This document shows, piece after piece, positions 38,893 through 50,004 of a stretch of 64,000 nucleotides of DNA. Source of the DNA: Longimicrobiales bacterium (GTDB lineage: Bacteria > Gemmatimonadota > Gemmatimonadetes > Longimicrobiales > Gaopeijiaceae); assembly GCA_965249725.1 (NCBI GenBank), contig CBDFMQ010000002.1:480001-544000 (forward strand). The letters run 5' to 3'. The notes under the pieces were generated by a model, which saw only the letters and a program-made list of their open reading frames with translations, was not told where the DNA came from and did not search any database. Every line of letters starts with the position of its first letter. The first letter of the stretch is position 1. Made by a program: the position numbers and the translations under genes.

Positions 38893-40371
38893 TCAATTGG
38901 ATGTCGTATCCTGGGTGGCTCCGTCCGTCGCAGGCGTTGGCGCAGGCACAGGCGTCGTTACCGCCGGCGGCTGCGTGGCGTCGGTCGAACCGACAACCTC
39001 ATCGATGCGCGTGACCGTGGCCGCGATGGATCGATCGGAGATGGACCAATCCTGGTCTCGTCGAAGGGTCACGGTCACTGTGCTGAGTGGTATTGCACTC
39101 CGAGTACCGGCCACGAGTTCCCGCAGGATCTGCAGGAGCGTCCGATCGAGCGCGTCGTCCGGCGTTTCGTTCTCCATTGGTCTGATCTGTCGTATGCCCA
39201 GCGCATCCGTCGCCTGCGTCACCTGGGCCAACGTCATCTGGTGTAGCGTGTCCTGGCGCTCCTGGGACAGCGTGACCCCGGCCTCGGCGGCCCGTGCGAC
39301 CAGTACCCTAGACTGGCCGAGCCGCTGCAGCAGCAAACTCACGTCATCGTCCGAGGCACCCTCGACCTGGCCGGCGAACTCTACGGGTCTGGACTGTAAG
39401 AACTCGCGGAGCTCCGCTGCCGTATAGGCTCCGCCCTGGTAGTCGACCAAGGTTCGGGCGCCGGCGCGTCCGCTAAGGGACTCTCGTGGTCTTGCGGCGA
39501 GTTCTCGCAGTACGGTCGCAGCACCGGGCACGACCGTGATCTCGGCCTCCTGGTCCAGATCGGCGAGGAAGGTCGAATCTGCCTGTCGAACCCGATGCGT
39601 GACCACGAAGCTCCTGAAGGAGGCCGCGCCGTTCTCGAACGTCGTCGGCTTCCGGTCTACCAGCTGGATGACGTGTACGCCGAACTGGCTTCCGACGGGA
39701 TCACTCACGCCTCCCACCTCGAGAGCGTATGCGGCCTCTTCGAAAGCCGGCACCATGGCACCGGGCCCGAAGTAGCCGAGGTCGCCACCCAAGGATCCGC
39801 TCCCGGTGTCTTCGGAATATCGCCGGGCCAGCGCCTCGAAGGACTCTCCCGTCGAGGCCCGGTTCTTCAGCTGGATCGCCAGCGTGATCACGCTGTCGAC
39901 CTGAGTCTCGGTCGCCTGGTCGGGGAAGGTGAGCAGGATATGACGAGCCCGGACCGAGTCCGCCGGCGGGTCCGCATCCCACAGGGCTCTGAGCGCCTCG
40001 TCGGTGAGGGCCGTGTCCGGCGTGACGGTCGAGCTGAGGTAGAGGTCGATGATCTCCTGCTGGAATTGAGGTTCCAGCAGCGGGCTCAGGTCCAAGTTCG
40101 TGTAGAGGGAGTCCTCTAGTGCGGACCGCGCCAGCAGGGTGTAATCCACCCAGAAGTTGGCCAGAGCCTCCACGACTTCGGGCTGATTGGGGACGGCGTT
40201 CTGGCGGGCCAAGAGCTCGACCAGGTGGTCGACCAGAAGCTCGTGGTCGCCGACGGACGCGACGACCCGATCGGATCCCGCGTCGCAAGCCATGAGCATC
40301 ATCACCAGTCCCACGGCGGTGGCGCGGACCCCGCGTCGCATCCGGCGAAGAGGTTCAGCTGAGCACATCAT
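38893..40371 (-). CDS. Parvulin-type peptidyl-prolyl isomerase lipoprotein
   Basis: VRARHILL, FEALARRYSED, GGDLG, MVPAFEEAA, FGVHVI and lipobox-like LMAC; start uncertain (40341-40416). Confidence 0.88.
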   Translation of the reverse strand: MMCSAEPLRRMRRGVRATAVGLVMMLMACDAGSDRVVASVGDHELLVDHLVELLARQNAVPNQPEVVEALANFWVDYTLLARSALEDSLYTNLDLSPLLEPQFQQEIIDLYLSSTVTPDTALTDEALRALWDADPPADSVRARHILLTFPDQATETQVDSVITLAIQLKNRASTGESFEALARRYSEDTGSGSLGGDLGYFGPGAMVPAFEEAAYALEVGGVSDPVGSQFGVHVIQLVDRKPTTFENGAASFRSFVVTHRVRQADSTFLADLDQEAEITVVPGAATVLRELAARPRESLSGRAGARTLVDYQGGAYTAAELREFLQSRPVEFAGQVEGASDDDVSLLLQRLGQSRVLVARAAEAGVTLSQERQDTLHQMTLAQVTQATDALGIRQIRPMENETPDDALDRTLLQILRELVAGTRSAIPLSTVTVTLRRDQDWSISDRSIAATVTRIDEVVGSTDATQPPAVTTPVPAPTPATDGATQDTTSN

Positions 40372-40402
40372 AAATATCCTTAACACGCTATGGTATATAC
40401 TG

Positions 40403-43400
40403 TTAAGCGGCTTCACTTCGGGTATTCAATAAAGTCGATAGAGCGAGGATCAACGTCGAAACTAGCGTATCGGGCCCGGCCTGTTGAAGGGCCAAGGAGA
40501 GGGGTGCCATTCTCCGCACCTCGACCTCGACGTGATGGTCTCGAAGCGGGCCCTCCAAAACGGCGAGGCGGGGCATGGCGCTGGACCGGAAATTCACCCT
40601 CGCTTCTCCCTTGCGCAGAAGAATACGCTCGACGCCGAGCTTGCGCCCCAGAATCCGCAGTCCGGCTGCGTCGAGAAGGCGCTCCACCTCCTTGGGAGGT
40701 GCCCCGAACCGGTCCTCGAGCTCCTCACGGAGGGCGTCTACTTCCGCGATGCGAGTGAGTTTGGAGAGGCGTCGGTACAGGTGCAGCTTCTGCCCCGAAT
40801 CCGCGATGTAGTCCTCGGGTAGATACGCCGAGCCGGCCATCGTGATTTCCGGATGCGGATGCTCATGTTCGACCTCGCCCTCCTTGAGCCGTTTCACGGT
40901 CTGTTCGAGGAGGCGCATGTACGCGTCGATGCCGATGGCGTGTGTGAAGCCGGACTGATCCCCGCCCAAGAGGTTGCCCGCGCCCCTCAACTCCATGTCC
41001 CGCAGCGCCACCGAGTAGCCACTCCCGAGCTCGGTGTAATGCTCCAGCACTCTGAGGCGCCGTTCGGCCTCGTCGTTCAGATCGTTCGGCACGATGAGAT
41101 AGCAGTACGCCCGCCGGTCGGAACGTCCCACCCGTCCTCGGATTTGGTAGAGCTGGGACAATCCGAAGTGATCGGCCCGATTGACGACGAGCGTGTTGGC
41201 ATTGGGCACGTCGAGGCCGTTCTCGATGATCGACGAGCACACCAGCACATCGATCTCGCCGTCCACGAAGTCCCGCATGACCCGATCCAACTCACGAGGA
41301 GTCATCTGGCCATGAGCTACGTAGACCCTCGCCTCCGGTGCCAGCGCGCGTACGCGCTCGGCGGCGCCGTGGATGGTCGACACGAGATTGTGCAGAAAGA
41401 ACGCCTGTCCACCACGATCCAGCTCTCGCTGAAGAGCTTCGGCGATGATCTGATCGGACCAAGGCACCAGGGTTGTGATGATCGGCATGCGGTCCCTGGG
41501 CGGGGTCCGGATGAGCGACAGATCTCGGATACCGGTCAGAGACAGGTAGAGCGTACGCGGGATGGGCGTGGCCGTAAGGGTCAACACGTCCACGGAGGAG
41601 CGGAGTTGCTTGAGGCGCTCCTTGTGCCGGACTCCGAACCTCTGCTCCTCGTCCACGATGAGGAGCCCGAGCCGCGACAGTTCCACGTCCTTGGACAACA
41701 GCCGGTGAGTCCCGAGAACGATGTCGATCTCGCCGGTCTTCAACCCTTCGAGGATCGCCTTTTGCTCCTTCGGGGTCCGGAAGCGGCTCAAAGCACCGAT
41801 CTTCACAGGGTAGTCGGCGAGCCGTTCCTCGAAGGTATGGCGGTGCTGCTCCACAAGGATCGTCGTGGGGGCCAGGAGTGCCACCTGCTTGCCGTCCTGG
41901 ATGGCCTTGAAAGCCGCGCGGATGGCAATCTCGGTCTTGCCGTAGCCCACATCGCCGCAGATCAACCGGTCCATCGGTCCCGAAGACTCCATGTCGCGCT
42001 TCACGTCTTCCGTGGCCAGACGCTGGTCCGGGGTGTCCTCATAGAGGAACGAGGACTCCATCTCCTTCTGCCACAGCGTGTCGGGCGAGAACGCGAACCC
42101 GGAAACGGTAGAACGGGTAGCGTAGAGTTGCAGCAGCTCCACCGTCATCTTCTCGATGGCTTCGGTGGTCTTACGCTTCAGCGTCTTCCAGCGCTTGCCT
42201 CCGATTCGGTGCACGGCGGGTGCTTTGGCCGTCTCCGACTCACCCACCCAACGCTCGACCTGATCCAGGCGGTACACAGGCACCCGGAGGATTTCCCCGC
42301 CCGCGTACTCGATTGCCATCGACTCGAGCTCCTTGCCCGCAACGGCGATGCGCTCGAGGCCCCTGAAGACACCCACGCCGTGGTCCATGTGCACGACATG
42401 GTCCCCCGGAGACAGTTGTGAGAGACTCTCGAGCGCCACCGCGCCTCGGAAGCGACGGCTTCTACGCACCCTCCTGGAGCGTCGGAAGATCTCGTGATCC
42501 GTGAGCACCTGAAGCGGAGGATCGGCGCACTCGAGCACGAAGCCCGCGGCGAGCGACCCGACCACGACGTTCGCACCTGGTGGGATCTTCCGAGGACCCC
42601 CGAGAATCTCCTCGAGCCGATCGCATTGCCCGCGGTTGTCACAGAGGACGAGGGTCTTCTGCCCCATCCCGGAGGCCGCACGGAGGGCGGATCCCAAGCG
42701 GGACATGTCACGATCGATGGTCGGTGGCGGGACACAAGCCAACTCGAGTGTGTCGCTGGACTCGGGCGAGACCTCAACCCGGGCAAGGCCCGACAGCCGC
42801 TCTTCGGCCTCTCGGGGCTCAACGAAGAGGGTCTCGGGTCCGTCCGGAGCATTTCCCTCGGCCTCGAGTTCGTCATGGAGACGACAAACGTGGTTCCACG
42901 TACGGGTGAGCTCGGCCGACCAGTCCGCGGCGCCGAAGCGGAGGAGGAGCGAGTCCGCGGGCAGTAGCTCCAGGAGGGACCGCGATACCACGTCGTCGTC
43001 GTCTCGCTCCCTATGGAAGTCGACCGGGAGAATGTGGACCTCTTCGATCGACTCCTTCGAGCGCTGATCCAGAATGTCGAAGAAACGCAGGGACACGATT
43101 TCGTCTCCCCAGAACTCGACCCGGAAGGGCTCGGCCGTCCCGAAGGAGAAGATGTCGAGGAGGCCACCACGCACGGCATACTGCCCGACTTCCTCGACCA
43201 GTGACACCCGTTCGAACCCTCTCTCGTCCAGGTCTTGCACCACCTGCTGGAATCCGGGCTCCTGTCCGGTCCTCAGCGTGACCCGGAGTTCAGCGAGACC
43301 GGCCGGGATCGGGGCGCGTTCCTGCAAGGCACGGAGCGTCGTGACCATGAGCCGGGCCCGGCCGCCCAAGAGCGCCTCCACCGCCTCCACACGCAGCCCT

Positions 43401-43714
43401 CCAATTTCCAGGTGCGGTTCACTCGACTCGTAGGGGAGCGCTTCCCGCTGAGGGAACAGGAACGACTCCTCTCTGCCGAGCAGGACCTCGAGGTCCGCCT
43501 CCGCATCGGTGGCCGCCTGCGGTGAGGGAGCGACGACCACGAGCACCCTGGACGTGAAGCGCTCGTGAAGTGCGGCCACGACGGCCGTGGAGGCGGAGCC
43601 GATGGCGCCGCCGAGTCGGCGACTCTGCCCGCGGCTGGGGAGTTGATCACACAGCTGCTCGAAGCCGGGGCACGTGCTGATCGCCCGAACGATGGGGTGG
43701 GGACTGCCGGACAC
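40403..43714 (-). CDS. mfd: Transcription-repair coupling factor
   Basis: CarD-like VVHMDHGVG, GDVGYGKTE, DEEQRFG, TATPIPRT, QIRGRVGR and TRCF C-terminus; GTG start next to the upstream stop. Confidence 0.96.
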   Translation of the reverse strand: MSGSPHPIVRAISTCPGFEQLCDQLPSRGQSRRLGGAIGSASTAVVAALHERFTSRVLVVVAPSPQAATDAEADLEVLLGREESFLFPQREALPYESSEPHLEIGGLRVEAVEALLGGRARLMVTTLRALQERAPIPAGLAELRVTLRTGQEPGFQQVVQDLDERGFERVSLVEEVGQYAVRGGLLDIFSFGTAEPFRVEFWGDEIVSLRFFDILDQRSKESIEEVHILPVDFHRERDDDDVVSRSLLELLPADSLLLRFGAADWSAELTRTWNHVCRLHDELEAEGNAPDGPETLFVEPREAEERLSGLARVEVSPESSDTLELACVPPPTIDRDMSRLGSALRAASGMGQKTLVLCDNRGQCDRLEEILGGPRKIPPGANVVVGSLAAGFVLECADPPLQVLTDHEIFRRSRRVRRSRRFRGAVALESLSQLSPGDHVVHMDHGVGVFRGLERIAVAGKELESMAIEYAGGEILRVPVYRLDQVERWVGESETAKAPAVHRIGGKRWKTLKRKTTEAIEKMTVELLQLYATRSTVSGFAFSPDTLWQKEMESSFLYEDTPDQRLATEDVKRDMESSGPMDRLICGDVGYGKTEIAIRAAFKAIQDGKQVALLAPTTILVEQHRHTFEERLADYPVKIGALSRFRTPKEQKAILEGLKTGEIDIVLGTHRLLSKDVELSRLGLLIVDEEQRFGVRHKERLKQLRSSVDVLTLTATPIPRTLYLSLTGIRDLSLIRTPPRDRMPIITTLVPWSDQIIAEALQRELDRGGQAFFLHNLVSTIHGAAERVRALAPEARVYVAHGQMTPRELDRVMRDFVDGEIDVLVCSSIIENGLDVPNANTLVVNRADHFGLSQLYQIRGRVGRSDRRAYCYLIVPNDLNDEAERRLRVLEHYTELGSGYSVALRDMELRGAGNLLGGDQSGFTHAIGIDAYMRLLEQTVKRLKEGEVEHEHPHPEITMAGSAYLPEDYIADSGQKLHLYRRLSKLTRIAEVDALREELEDRFGAPPKEVERLLDAAGLRILGRKLGVERILLRKGEARVNFRSSAMPRLAVLEGPLRDHHVEVEVRRMAPLSLALQQAGPDTLVSTLILALSTLLNTRSEAA

Positions 43715-43716
43715 GG

Positions 43717-45666
43717 TCAGGCCGGTGTCGGATCCTGGGACGTGTGGGTGGCGTGGGCGGGGGCAGAGCCTACGGCACCGGGTCCGGAGGCCGCCACAAG
43801 GCTCTCGGACAGGAGTACGAGCACCAGGGCGGCCAGCAGCCATCGCCAGATCTCGGGTCCCTGACCGGTCGAGAACAGCGATCGGCTCCATCTCGCGCTG
43901 TCGGACACCACGGTCAGCGGTCCGGGTACGAGGGCCTCCAGATCGTCTGCCTCGATGGGTGCCAGCACCGATTCGGACGGGGGTGCGTTGACCGCCACGA
44001 GGCTCACGACGGAGTCGCTCTGGAGGATCTCGTACAGGCCGGTCCACTGGGTAGCACGGAACGGCTGTGCTGCGTCGACGGGGTGGAGGCCTCCCAGGGG
44101 ATCTCTGATCGCGGTGGCCTCGGCCGGGGTAGCGATGGCACTCCCCGCGACCAATGCCTCCGATCCGGAGTCCGGGCTCCCCCAACGGGCCACGATCCAC
44201 TCCAAGAGGGGGACCATGGCCGCCGTCACTGCCAGGTTGGTCGATTCCGGCTCCAGATCCGAGGCCAACAAGAGGTATGGGCCCCTCGCCGTCGCGCCTT
44301 CGACCAACCAGGGCTCTCCCGAGGAAAGGTGAGCCAGCACACCCGTCTGGAGTCCGGCATCGCTCGGAGTGAGCAAGAAATGCGACCGGATGCGGACCTC
44401 GCTCAGGTCCACCGGACCGGTCCACTCGGTCACGCTCGCTTCGCCTCGCCCGTCGGTAAGGTCGTATCGCCATGGAATGCCGGCCGCGGCGAGGGTGCGG
44501 TTGAGGCCGGGAAGGAGCGTCACGTCAGCCGGCGGCAGGATCACGGTCGCGCGCCTCACTCCCGTGGCCTCCGTGACCGCGGCGCCGGCCACACTGACCA
44601 GTACTTCCGCGTCTCGCGTCGGGGTCACGCGAATCCGACCGGCGTCGGTCAGGACGGGGAATGCTTCGTCGAGAAAGAACGAAGAGGCCCCGGTGGTGGC
44701 CACGGTGGGAGGTGTCCTCACCTCGAACGTGAAGTAGCGGCGGTCGTCTCCACGCAGGTCGTCCGGATCACTCTCCACATATCCGTTGACGCGACCGATG
44801 GAGAAGGGCCCGAGGGGCAGTATCGTCGATCCGCCCGACCGGGCTGTCGTCGCCCCGCGAATACGGTTCCCGACCACGAGCCGGAGGGGTACGCCCTCGG
44901 CATCGTCCGCACCCGACACTCGCACCGAAAGACGAGTGCGCTGATTCGCCAGAGGCGGGAGTCCGCCTCCGATCATCAAGCTGTCTAGATGTGCGTTCGG
45001 GGGGGTCGGCGCACCCTCGTCGAAAGCGACCACAGGGATGCCCCCGGCCACCGACGTCGGAGGTGTACCCGTAAAGGCCGACGCCTGCATGTCGGAGACC
45101 AGGTGGATCTCGCTCGCGGGCAGGTCCGTGCCGGACACCAGCCCGCCGGCCCTCTCGAGAGCCGCGAGGAGATCACCGCTGGCGTCGGTGACCTCGGTGG
45201 CCCCTATGGCGTCCCGCAGTTCCGCTCGGGAACCCGTGACGGCCACGTCCCAAGGCTGACCGGCGCGAATGAGCCATACCTGGTCCTCATCGCTCGCACC
45301 GTCGACGCTCTTCAATGCCACCGCCTTGAGCAGATCGAGGACGCGATCGCCCCCTCGAATGAGCCCGGAGCTCATGGAGTTGTCGAGCACGATGACCGCG
45401 GCCGTGGGATCGTGAACGCCGCCTCCGCCTCTCAGGAAGGGTCGGGCACCGGCCAGCACAAGCAGCAGGATGGCGGCCGTGCGGAGGATAAGGAGCAGCA
45501 GCTGGCGAAGCCGGATCGTTCGCGCGTGCTCCTTCTCGGTCCGCAGGAGGTAGCGGAGAGCCGGAAAGGCCATACGGCGTGCGTCGTGTCGGTGGAAGAG
45601 GTGCAGAATCAACGGCACCGCGACAGCCAACCCGGCCAAGAGGAAGACCGGTGAAAGGAAGCCCAT
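43717..45666 (-). CDS. BatA-domain / vWA membrane protein
   Basis: MGFLSP..L...AVPLILHL BatA motif, DNSMSS MIDAS-like motif, SDMQ and a C-terminal TM segment (EIWRWLL). Confidence 0.85.
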   Translation of the reverse strand: MGFLSPVFLLAGLAVAVPLILHLFHRHDARRMAFPALRYLLRTEKEHARTIRLRQLLLLILRTAAILLLVLAGARPFLRGGGGVHDPTAAVIVLDNSMSSGLIRGGDRVLDLLKAVALKSVDGASDEDQVWLIRAGQPWDVAVTGSRAELRDAIGATEVTDASGDLLAALERAGGLVSGTDLPASEIHLVSDMQASAFTGTPPTSVAGGIPVVAFDEGAPTPPNAHLDSLMIGGGLPPLANQRTRLSVRVSGADDAEGVPLRLVVGNRIRGATTARSGGSTILPLGPFSIGRVNGYVESDPDDLRGDDRRYFTFEVRTPPTVATTGASSFFLDEAFPVLTDAGRIRVTPTRDAEVLVSVAGAAVTEATGVRRATVILPPADVTLLPGLNRTLAAAGIPWRYDLTDGRGEASVTEWTGPVDLSEVRIRSHFLLTPSDAGLQTGVLAHLSSGEPWLVEGATARGPYLLLASDLEPESTNLAVTAAMVPLLEWIVARWGSPDSGSEALVAGSAIATPAEATAIRDPLGGLHPVDAAQPFRATQWTGLYEILQSDSVVSLVAVNAPPSESVLAPIEADDLEALVPGPLTVVSDSARWSRSLFSTGQGPEIWRWLLAALVLVLLSESLVAASGPGAVGSAPAHATHTSQDPTPA

Positions 45667-46601
45667 CAGCCCAGATGCTCCCGCTTCCGGAGATAGAACC
45701 GCAGGGCCCTGGACAGGGGAGTCTCGGTCCCGACCACGACGTAGTCGATGCCGTGCGGCCGGAGTCCACGATCCCACTCCGCGAGGGCGTCCTTCACGGC
45801 ATCCCTGTAGGCAGAACGCACGTCGGCCACATTGACGTTCAGTTCTTCCGCGGTCTCGGGATCGTAGAAGCGGGCATCACCCGCGGCGGGGAGCTCTCGC
45901 TCGCCGGGATCGATGAGATGGAAGACGAGCACTTCGTGTCCCTGGTGGCGGAGGAAGCGAAGGGCCGTACGTGTCGTCTCGGGGTCGACCAGGAGGTCCG
46001 AGAGGAGCACCACGAGTCCGGCTCGCCGCAGACGGACGGCGATGTCTCGCAGCGCCGAATGTGCCGAAGTGAGACCCTCTGCTTCGAGGGGCGCCAGACG
46101 TCTGAGGATCTCATGCCAATAGCGCTGGCCTCCGCGAGGCACGACGCGGGCCACGATCTCGTCGTGGAAGGCAGCCAGGCCGACCGAATCTCCCTGACGC
46201 AGGAGGATCAGCGCGAGCGAGGCGGCAAGGTGTTTGGCGTACCACAGCTTGGTGGGGAGTGTGTCCGGGTTCGAACTCCAACCCATGGACGTGCTCACGT
46301 CCACGAGAATATACGCCCGAAGATTGGTCTCCTCCTGGAACTGCTTCACGTAGTAGCGATCGGACCGGCCGAACATACGCCAGTCGATGTGGCGAAGGTC
46401 GTCGCCGGGCTGGTAGGCCCTCAACTCCGCGAACTCCGCCGAGAATCCACGGTGAGGCGAGCGATGGAGCCCCATGATGAACCCCTCGACCACCTGACGG
46501 GCGATGAGTTCCACGCCCCCGAGCTGGGAGAGAGTCTGGGGATCCATCAGGTCGGGCCGAGAGCGGAGCCGGCTCGCCGCCTTCGAGGTGAAGTCAGTCA
46601 T
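45666..46601 (-). CDS. DUF58 family (vWA-associated) protein
   Basis: GLHRSPHRGFSAEFAELRAYQPGDDLRHIDW and DVSTSM. Confidence 0.92.
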   Translation of the reverse strand: MTDFTSKAASRLRSRPDLMDPQTLSQLGGVELIARQVVEGFIMGLHRSPHRGFSAEFAELRAYQPGDDLRHIDWRMFGRSDRYYVKQFQEETNLRAYILVDVSTSMGWSSNPDTLPTKLWYAKHLAASLALILLRQGDSVGLAAFHDEIVARVVPRGGQRYWHEILRRLAPLEAEGLTSAHSALRDIAVRLRRAGLVVLLSDLLVDPETTRTALRFLRHQGHEVLVFHLIDPGERELPAAGDARFYDPETAEELNVNVADVRSAYRDAVKDALAEWDRGLRPHGIDYVVVGTETPLSRALRFYLRKREHLG

Positions 46602-46808
46602 GGCGCCACACTAGCGGGTCGCCGGAGAAAGGCAATGGGTAGTGGCGACGACGGGGAGGGGTGTCTCCGCTCTCTCCCGGGGGCCGTCCACTTTTTCGGA
46701 CGAATCGGGGCTCCCGGCGGGTCGTTTACCGCTTAGATAAAGGGATTCTGCGCTGGCACGAGTCCTGCCAACTCCACGGATGGGGGATGGGTGTTCTAGG
46801 AGGAGCAT

Positions 46809-48026
46809 ATGTGGATCACAGGAGTTGTCATTGCACTGGCGGCCCTCAGCGGCGGCCCGGAGCCCTGGGACCTGGCCCGGCTCGCGAGCTATCGGCATCA
46901 GGAGCCGGTGCCCGAGGCGAGAATCTGGTTCAACAGGGGTGTTGATCCGGTGCTGCGCAGGGGCGAACGCGTGCGTGTCTACTACCGATCCACCGTGAAC
47001 GCGTACGTGGCGATTCTGCAAGTCGATACGGATGGCACGGTGCGGCTGATGTATCCGCGGTCTCCCAGTGAGAACCACTACGCTCGCGCGCACCGAGACT
47101 ACCGACTGCTCTTCCCCCGGTCCTCCTACTGGAACGTGGGCGATCGCCCGGGCATGGGGTACTTCTTCATCGTCCCGTCTCCCAGGCCATTCGATTTCTC
47201 GGATTTCCGATACTCCTACTACGGCGGTGGATGGGATCTGTCGGTCGTCGGCAACCGGGTCTATAAGGACCCCTATGTGGCCATGGACGACTATGTCGCG
47301 CGGCTCATCCCGGACTGGGAGTATGCGGTGTACGGACTCGACTTCGTCTCCTACAGCGTCGGAGCGCCACACCAATACCCGCGCTTCCTCTGCTACGACT
47401 GCCACGGGTTCAAGCCGTTCAACATTTGGGACCCGTATCGCTACACCTGCACGAACTTCAGGGTCGTGGTCTACGACGATCCCTACTTCTATCCCTCGCG
47501 ACGTTACCGGGGTGATAGGGTGGTCTTCGTGGGCGGGAGTGTGCCGAGCGGTCCGCGCTTCGGATTCAAGGAGCGGGCGCGTGGCGAACCGGGCACGCCT
47601 GTGGTCCGGCGGGTTCCGCCCCGAGGATCTGACGACCATTCGGGAATCGCCGACGGGACGCGCGGTCGGGCGGTCCCGCGCGGCGGGGCGGGGGCCCCCG
47701 AGGCCCGACGCCCGAGTGGTGTGCGGGACGCCTCACCCGGTGACCCGGGAGCGCGAGTGCGGCCCCCGGCGAGGCGGCCGGTACTGGAGAGGCGTCCGCC
47801 AGCCGGGGCCCGTCCATCGGATGGGGCGAGGGCGACGCCCGGACGCCGGGTAGAGCCCACTCGCCCAGGGTCCGGGCGGGTGACACCCCCGCCGGCGGTG
47901 CGTAAACCCCCGACGAGGTCGTCACCGCCGGCGGTGCGGAGAGCGCCGTCCAGGTCATCGCCTCCTTCCGTGCGGAAAGCCCCGGCCAGGGCCAAACCGG
48001 CACGACCACGTCGACCCGGCGGCTGA
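46809..48026 (+). CDS. Exported DUF4384-like protein with an aromatic-rich region, a CxxCH motif and a Pro/Arg-rich tail
   Basis: [18 protein letters not shown]...[23 protein letters not shown]. Confidence 0.75.
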   Translation: MWITGVVIALAALSGGPEPWDLARLASYRHQEPVPEARIWFNRGVDPVLRRGERVRVYYRSTVNAYVAILQVDTDGTVRLMYPRSPSENHYARAHRDYRLLFPRSSYWNVGDRPGMGYFFIVPSPRPFDFSDFRYSYYGGGWDLSVVGNRVYKDPYVAMDDYVARLIPDWEYAVYGLDFVSYSVGAPHQYPRFLCYDCHGFKPFNIWDPYRYTCTNFRVVVYDDPYFYPSRRYRGDRVVFVGGSVPSGPRFGFKERARGEPGTPVVRRVPPRGSDDHSGIADGTRGRAVPRGGAGAPEARRPSGVRDASPGDPGARVRPPARRPVLERRPPAGARPSDGARATPGRRVEPTRPGSGRVTPPPAVRKPPTRSSPPAVRRAPSRSSPPSVRKAPARAKPARPRRPGG

Positions 48027-48042
48027 ATCGGGAGGACGCATC

Positions 48043-48096
48043 GAGGAGCTTCACGGGAGGAGCTTCACGGGAGGGGCTTCAGGGAGGGGCTTCAGG
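48043..48096. repeat. 13-14-bp tandem repeat GAGG(A/G)GCTTCA(C)GG x4
   Basis: Copies at 48043, 48057, 48071 and 48084. Confidence 0.85.
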
Positions 48097-48131
48097 GGGC
48101 GGACGGCGCGAGCCTCCGCCCCGTCTTCTTT
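48096..48131 (+). terminator. Probable intrinsic terminator
   Basis: GGGGCGGA-C-GGC-GCGA-GCC-TCCGCCCC stem with a GNRA loop, followed by GTCTTCTTT. Confidence 0.65.
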
Positions 48132-48201
48132 GGTCCATTCGCCCCGATTATCTTCATGCGTTCAGCTACAGCCCGACCCTCTAGGTGGAATCGCCGCACC
48201 G

Positions 48202-50004
48202 GTGGACCTCGACCACATCCGCAACTTCTGCATCATCGCGCACATCGATCATGGCAAGTCGACCTTGGCCGATCGCTTGCTCGAGGAGACGAGCACCCTC
48301 AGCGCGCGTGATATGCGGGACCAGGTGCTGGACTCCAACGAGTTGGAGCGGGAGCGGGGCATCACCATCAAGCTCCATGCGGTGCGTATGGACTACACCG
48401 CCGAGGACGGCGACGCGTATGTGCTGAACCTCATCGATACGCCCGGGCACGTAGACTTTTCGTACGAGGTCTCGCGGTCGCTCGCGGCCTGCGAAGGCGC
48501 GATCCTGGTGGTCGACGCGACCCAAGGGATCCAGGCGCAGACGCTGTCGAACCTCTTCCTCGCCATGGAGGCCGACCTCGAGGTCATCCCGGTCATCAAC
48601 AAGATCGACCTCCTGGGGGCCGAGCCGGAGCGAAGGCAGGAAGAGGTCGCAGACCTGCTCGGTATCGAGCCCTCGCGGATACTCATGGCCAGTGCCAAGG
48701 AGGGGCTCGGAATCAAGCCCATTCTGGAGGAGGTGGTTCATCAGGTGCCGCCACCCGTAGGAGATGCCGCAGCGCCTCTTCGGGCGTTGATCTTCGACTC
48801 CTCGTATGACCAGTACCAGGGTGCCGTCCCCAACGTGAGGATCGTAGACGGAGTGCTGAAGGCCGGGATGTCCATCACCTTCGGCGCGGTCGACCAGAGC
48901 TACGAGGTCACAGAGGTGGGCTTCATGCGCCTCGGGCGGGTGCCACGGCTCGACCTGACGCCGGGCGAGGTCGGTTACGTCATCGCGACCATCAAGGACG
49001 TGGGCCACACGCGTGTCGGCGACACGGTCCTGGACGCGGACAACGAGGCTGCGCAGCTCCTGGAGGGGTACAAAGACGTCCACTCCATGGTCTTCGCGGG
49101 GCTTTACCCCACGGATGCGGACGACTACGAGAGCCTCCGGGACGCTCTGGATCGCCTCAAGCTCAACGACGCGAGCCTGCACTACGTCGCCGAGACGTCC
49201 GTTGCGCTGGGCTTCGGCTTCCGCTGCGGATTCCTTGGACTTCTCCATATGGAGATCATCCAGGAGCGGCTCGATCGAGAGTTCGGCGTGGATCTCATCA
49301 CCACCGTGCCCAACGTGGAGTACCGCGTGAGCATGACCGACGGTAGCGAGATGACCATCGAGAACCCCACCGCGCTTCCGGAACGGGGTCGCATCTCCTC
49401 CGTCTCGGAGCCGATCGTGCTGGCTCGCATCGTGTGTCCCTCCGAGTACATCGGGAACGTGCAGAAGCTCTGCCACGACCGACGCGGGATCTTCAGAGGG
49501 ATGCAGTACCTGGACACGGAGAGGGTGGAGATCGAGTTCGAGCTGCCCTTGGCCGAGATCGTCCTGGACTTCTACGACAAGCTCAAGGGTGGGACCCGCG
49601 GGTATGCGGCGCTGGACTACGAGTTCCTCGAGTTCCGACCGCACGACCTGGTCAAGCTCGACATTCTGGTCAACAGCGACCCCGTGGATGCGTTCTCCGT
49701 GATCATCCATGAGGAGAAGGCCGCCGAGTATGGTCGCGACCTGGTGCGCCGCCTCAAGAAGCTGATCCCGCGCCAGCAGTTCGAGGTGGCCCTACAGGCC
49801 GCCATCGGTACCCAGATCGTGGCCCGCTCGAACGTGAAGGCCCTCCGCAAGAACGTGACCGCGAAGTGCTACGGCGGTGACATCACGAGGAAACGGAAGC
49901 TCCTTGAGAAGCAGAAGGCCGGAAAGAAGCGGATGAAGCAGGTCGGGGCGGTCGAGATCCCTCAGGAAGCCTTCTTGGCGGTGCTGCAGCTCGGCGACTC
50001 ATGA
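48202..50004 (+). CDS. lepA: Translation elongation factor 4
   Basis: [41 protein letters not shown] and [18 protein letters not shown]. Confidence 0.98.
   Translation: MDLDHIRNFCIIAHIDHGKSTLADRLLEETSTLSARDMRDQVLDSNELERERGITIKLHAVRMDYTAEDGDAYVLNLIDTPGHVDFSYEVSRSLAACEGAILVVDATQGIQAQTLSNLFLAMEADLEVIPVINKIDLLGAEPERRQEEVADLLGIEPSRILMASAKEGLGIKPILEEVVHQVPPPVGDAAAPLRALIFDSSYDQYQGAVPNVRIVDGVLKAGMSITFGAVDQSYEVTEVGFMRLGRVPRLDLTPGEVGYVIATIKDVGHTRVGDTVLDADNEAAQLLEGYKDVHSMVFAGLYPTDADDYESLRDALDRLKLNDASLHYVAETSVALGFGFRCGFLGLLHMEIIQERLDREFGVDLITTVPNVEYRVSMTDGSEMTIENPTALPERGRISSVSEPIVLARIVCPSEYIGNVQKLCHDRRGIFRGMQYLDTERVEIEFELPLAEIVLDFYDKLKGGTRGYAALDYEFLEFRPHDLVKLDILVNSDPVDAFSVIIHEEKAAEYGRDLVRRLKKLIPRQQFEVALQAAIGTQIVARSNVKALRKNVTAKCYGGDITRKRKLLEKQKAGKKRMKQVGAVEIPQEAFLAVLQLGDS

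Noticed and set aside
43715..44473. N-terminal extension of Mfd to 1356 aa (likewise the extensions of aroB, moeA, holB and envC in the ORF track)
   Set aside because: The extensions overlap upstream genes in another frame and are Arg/Pro/Gly-rich noise; internal starts abut the upstream stops.
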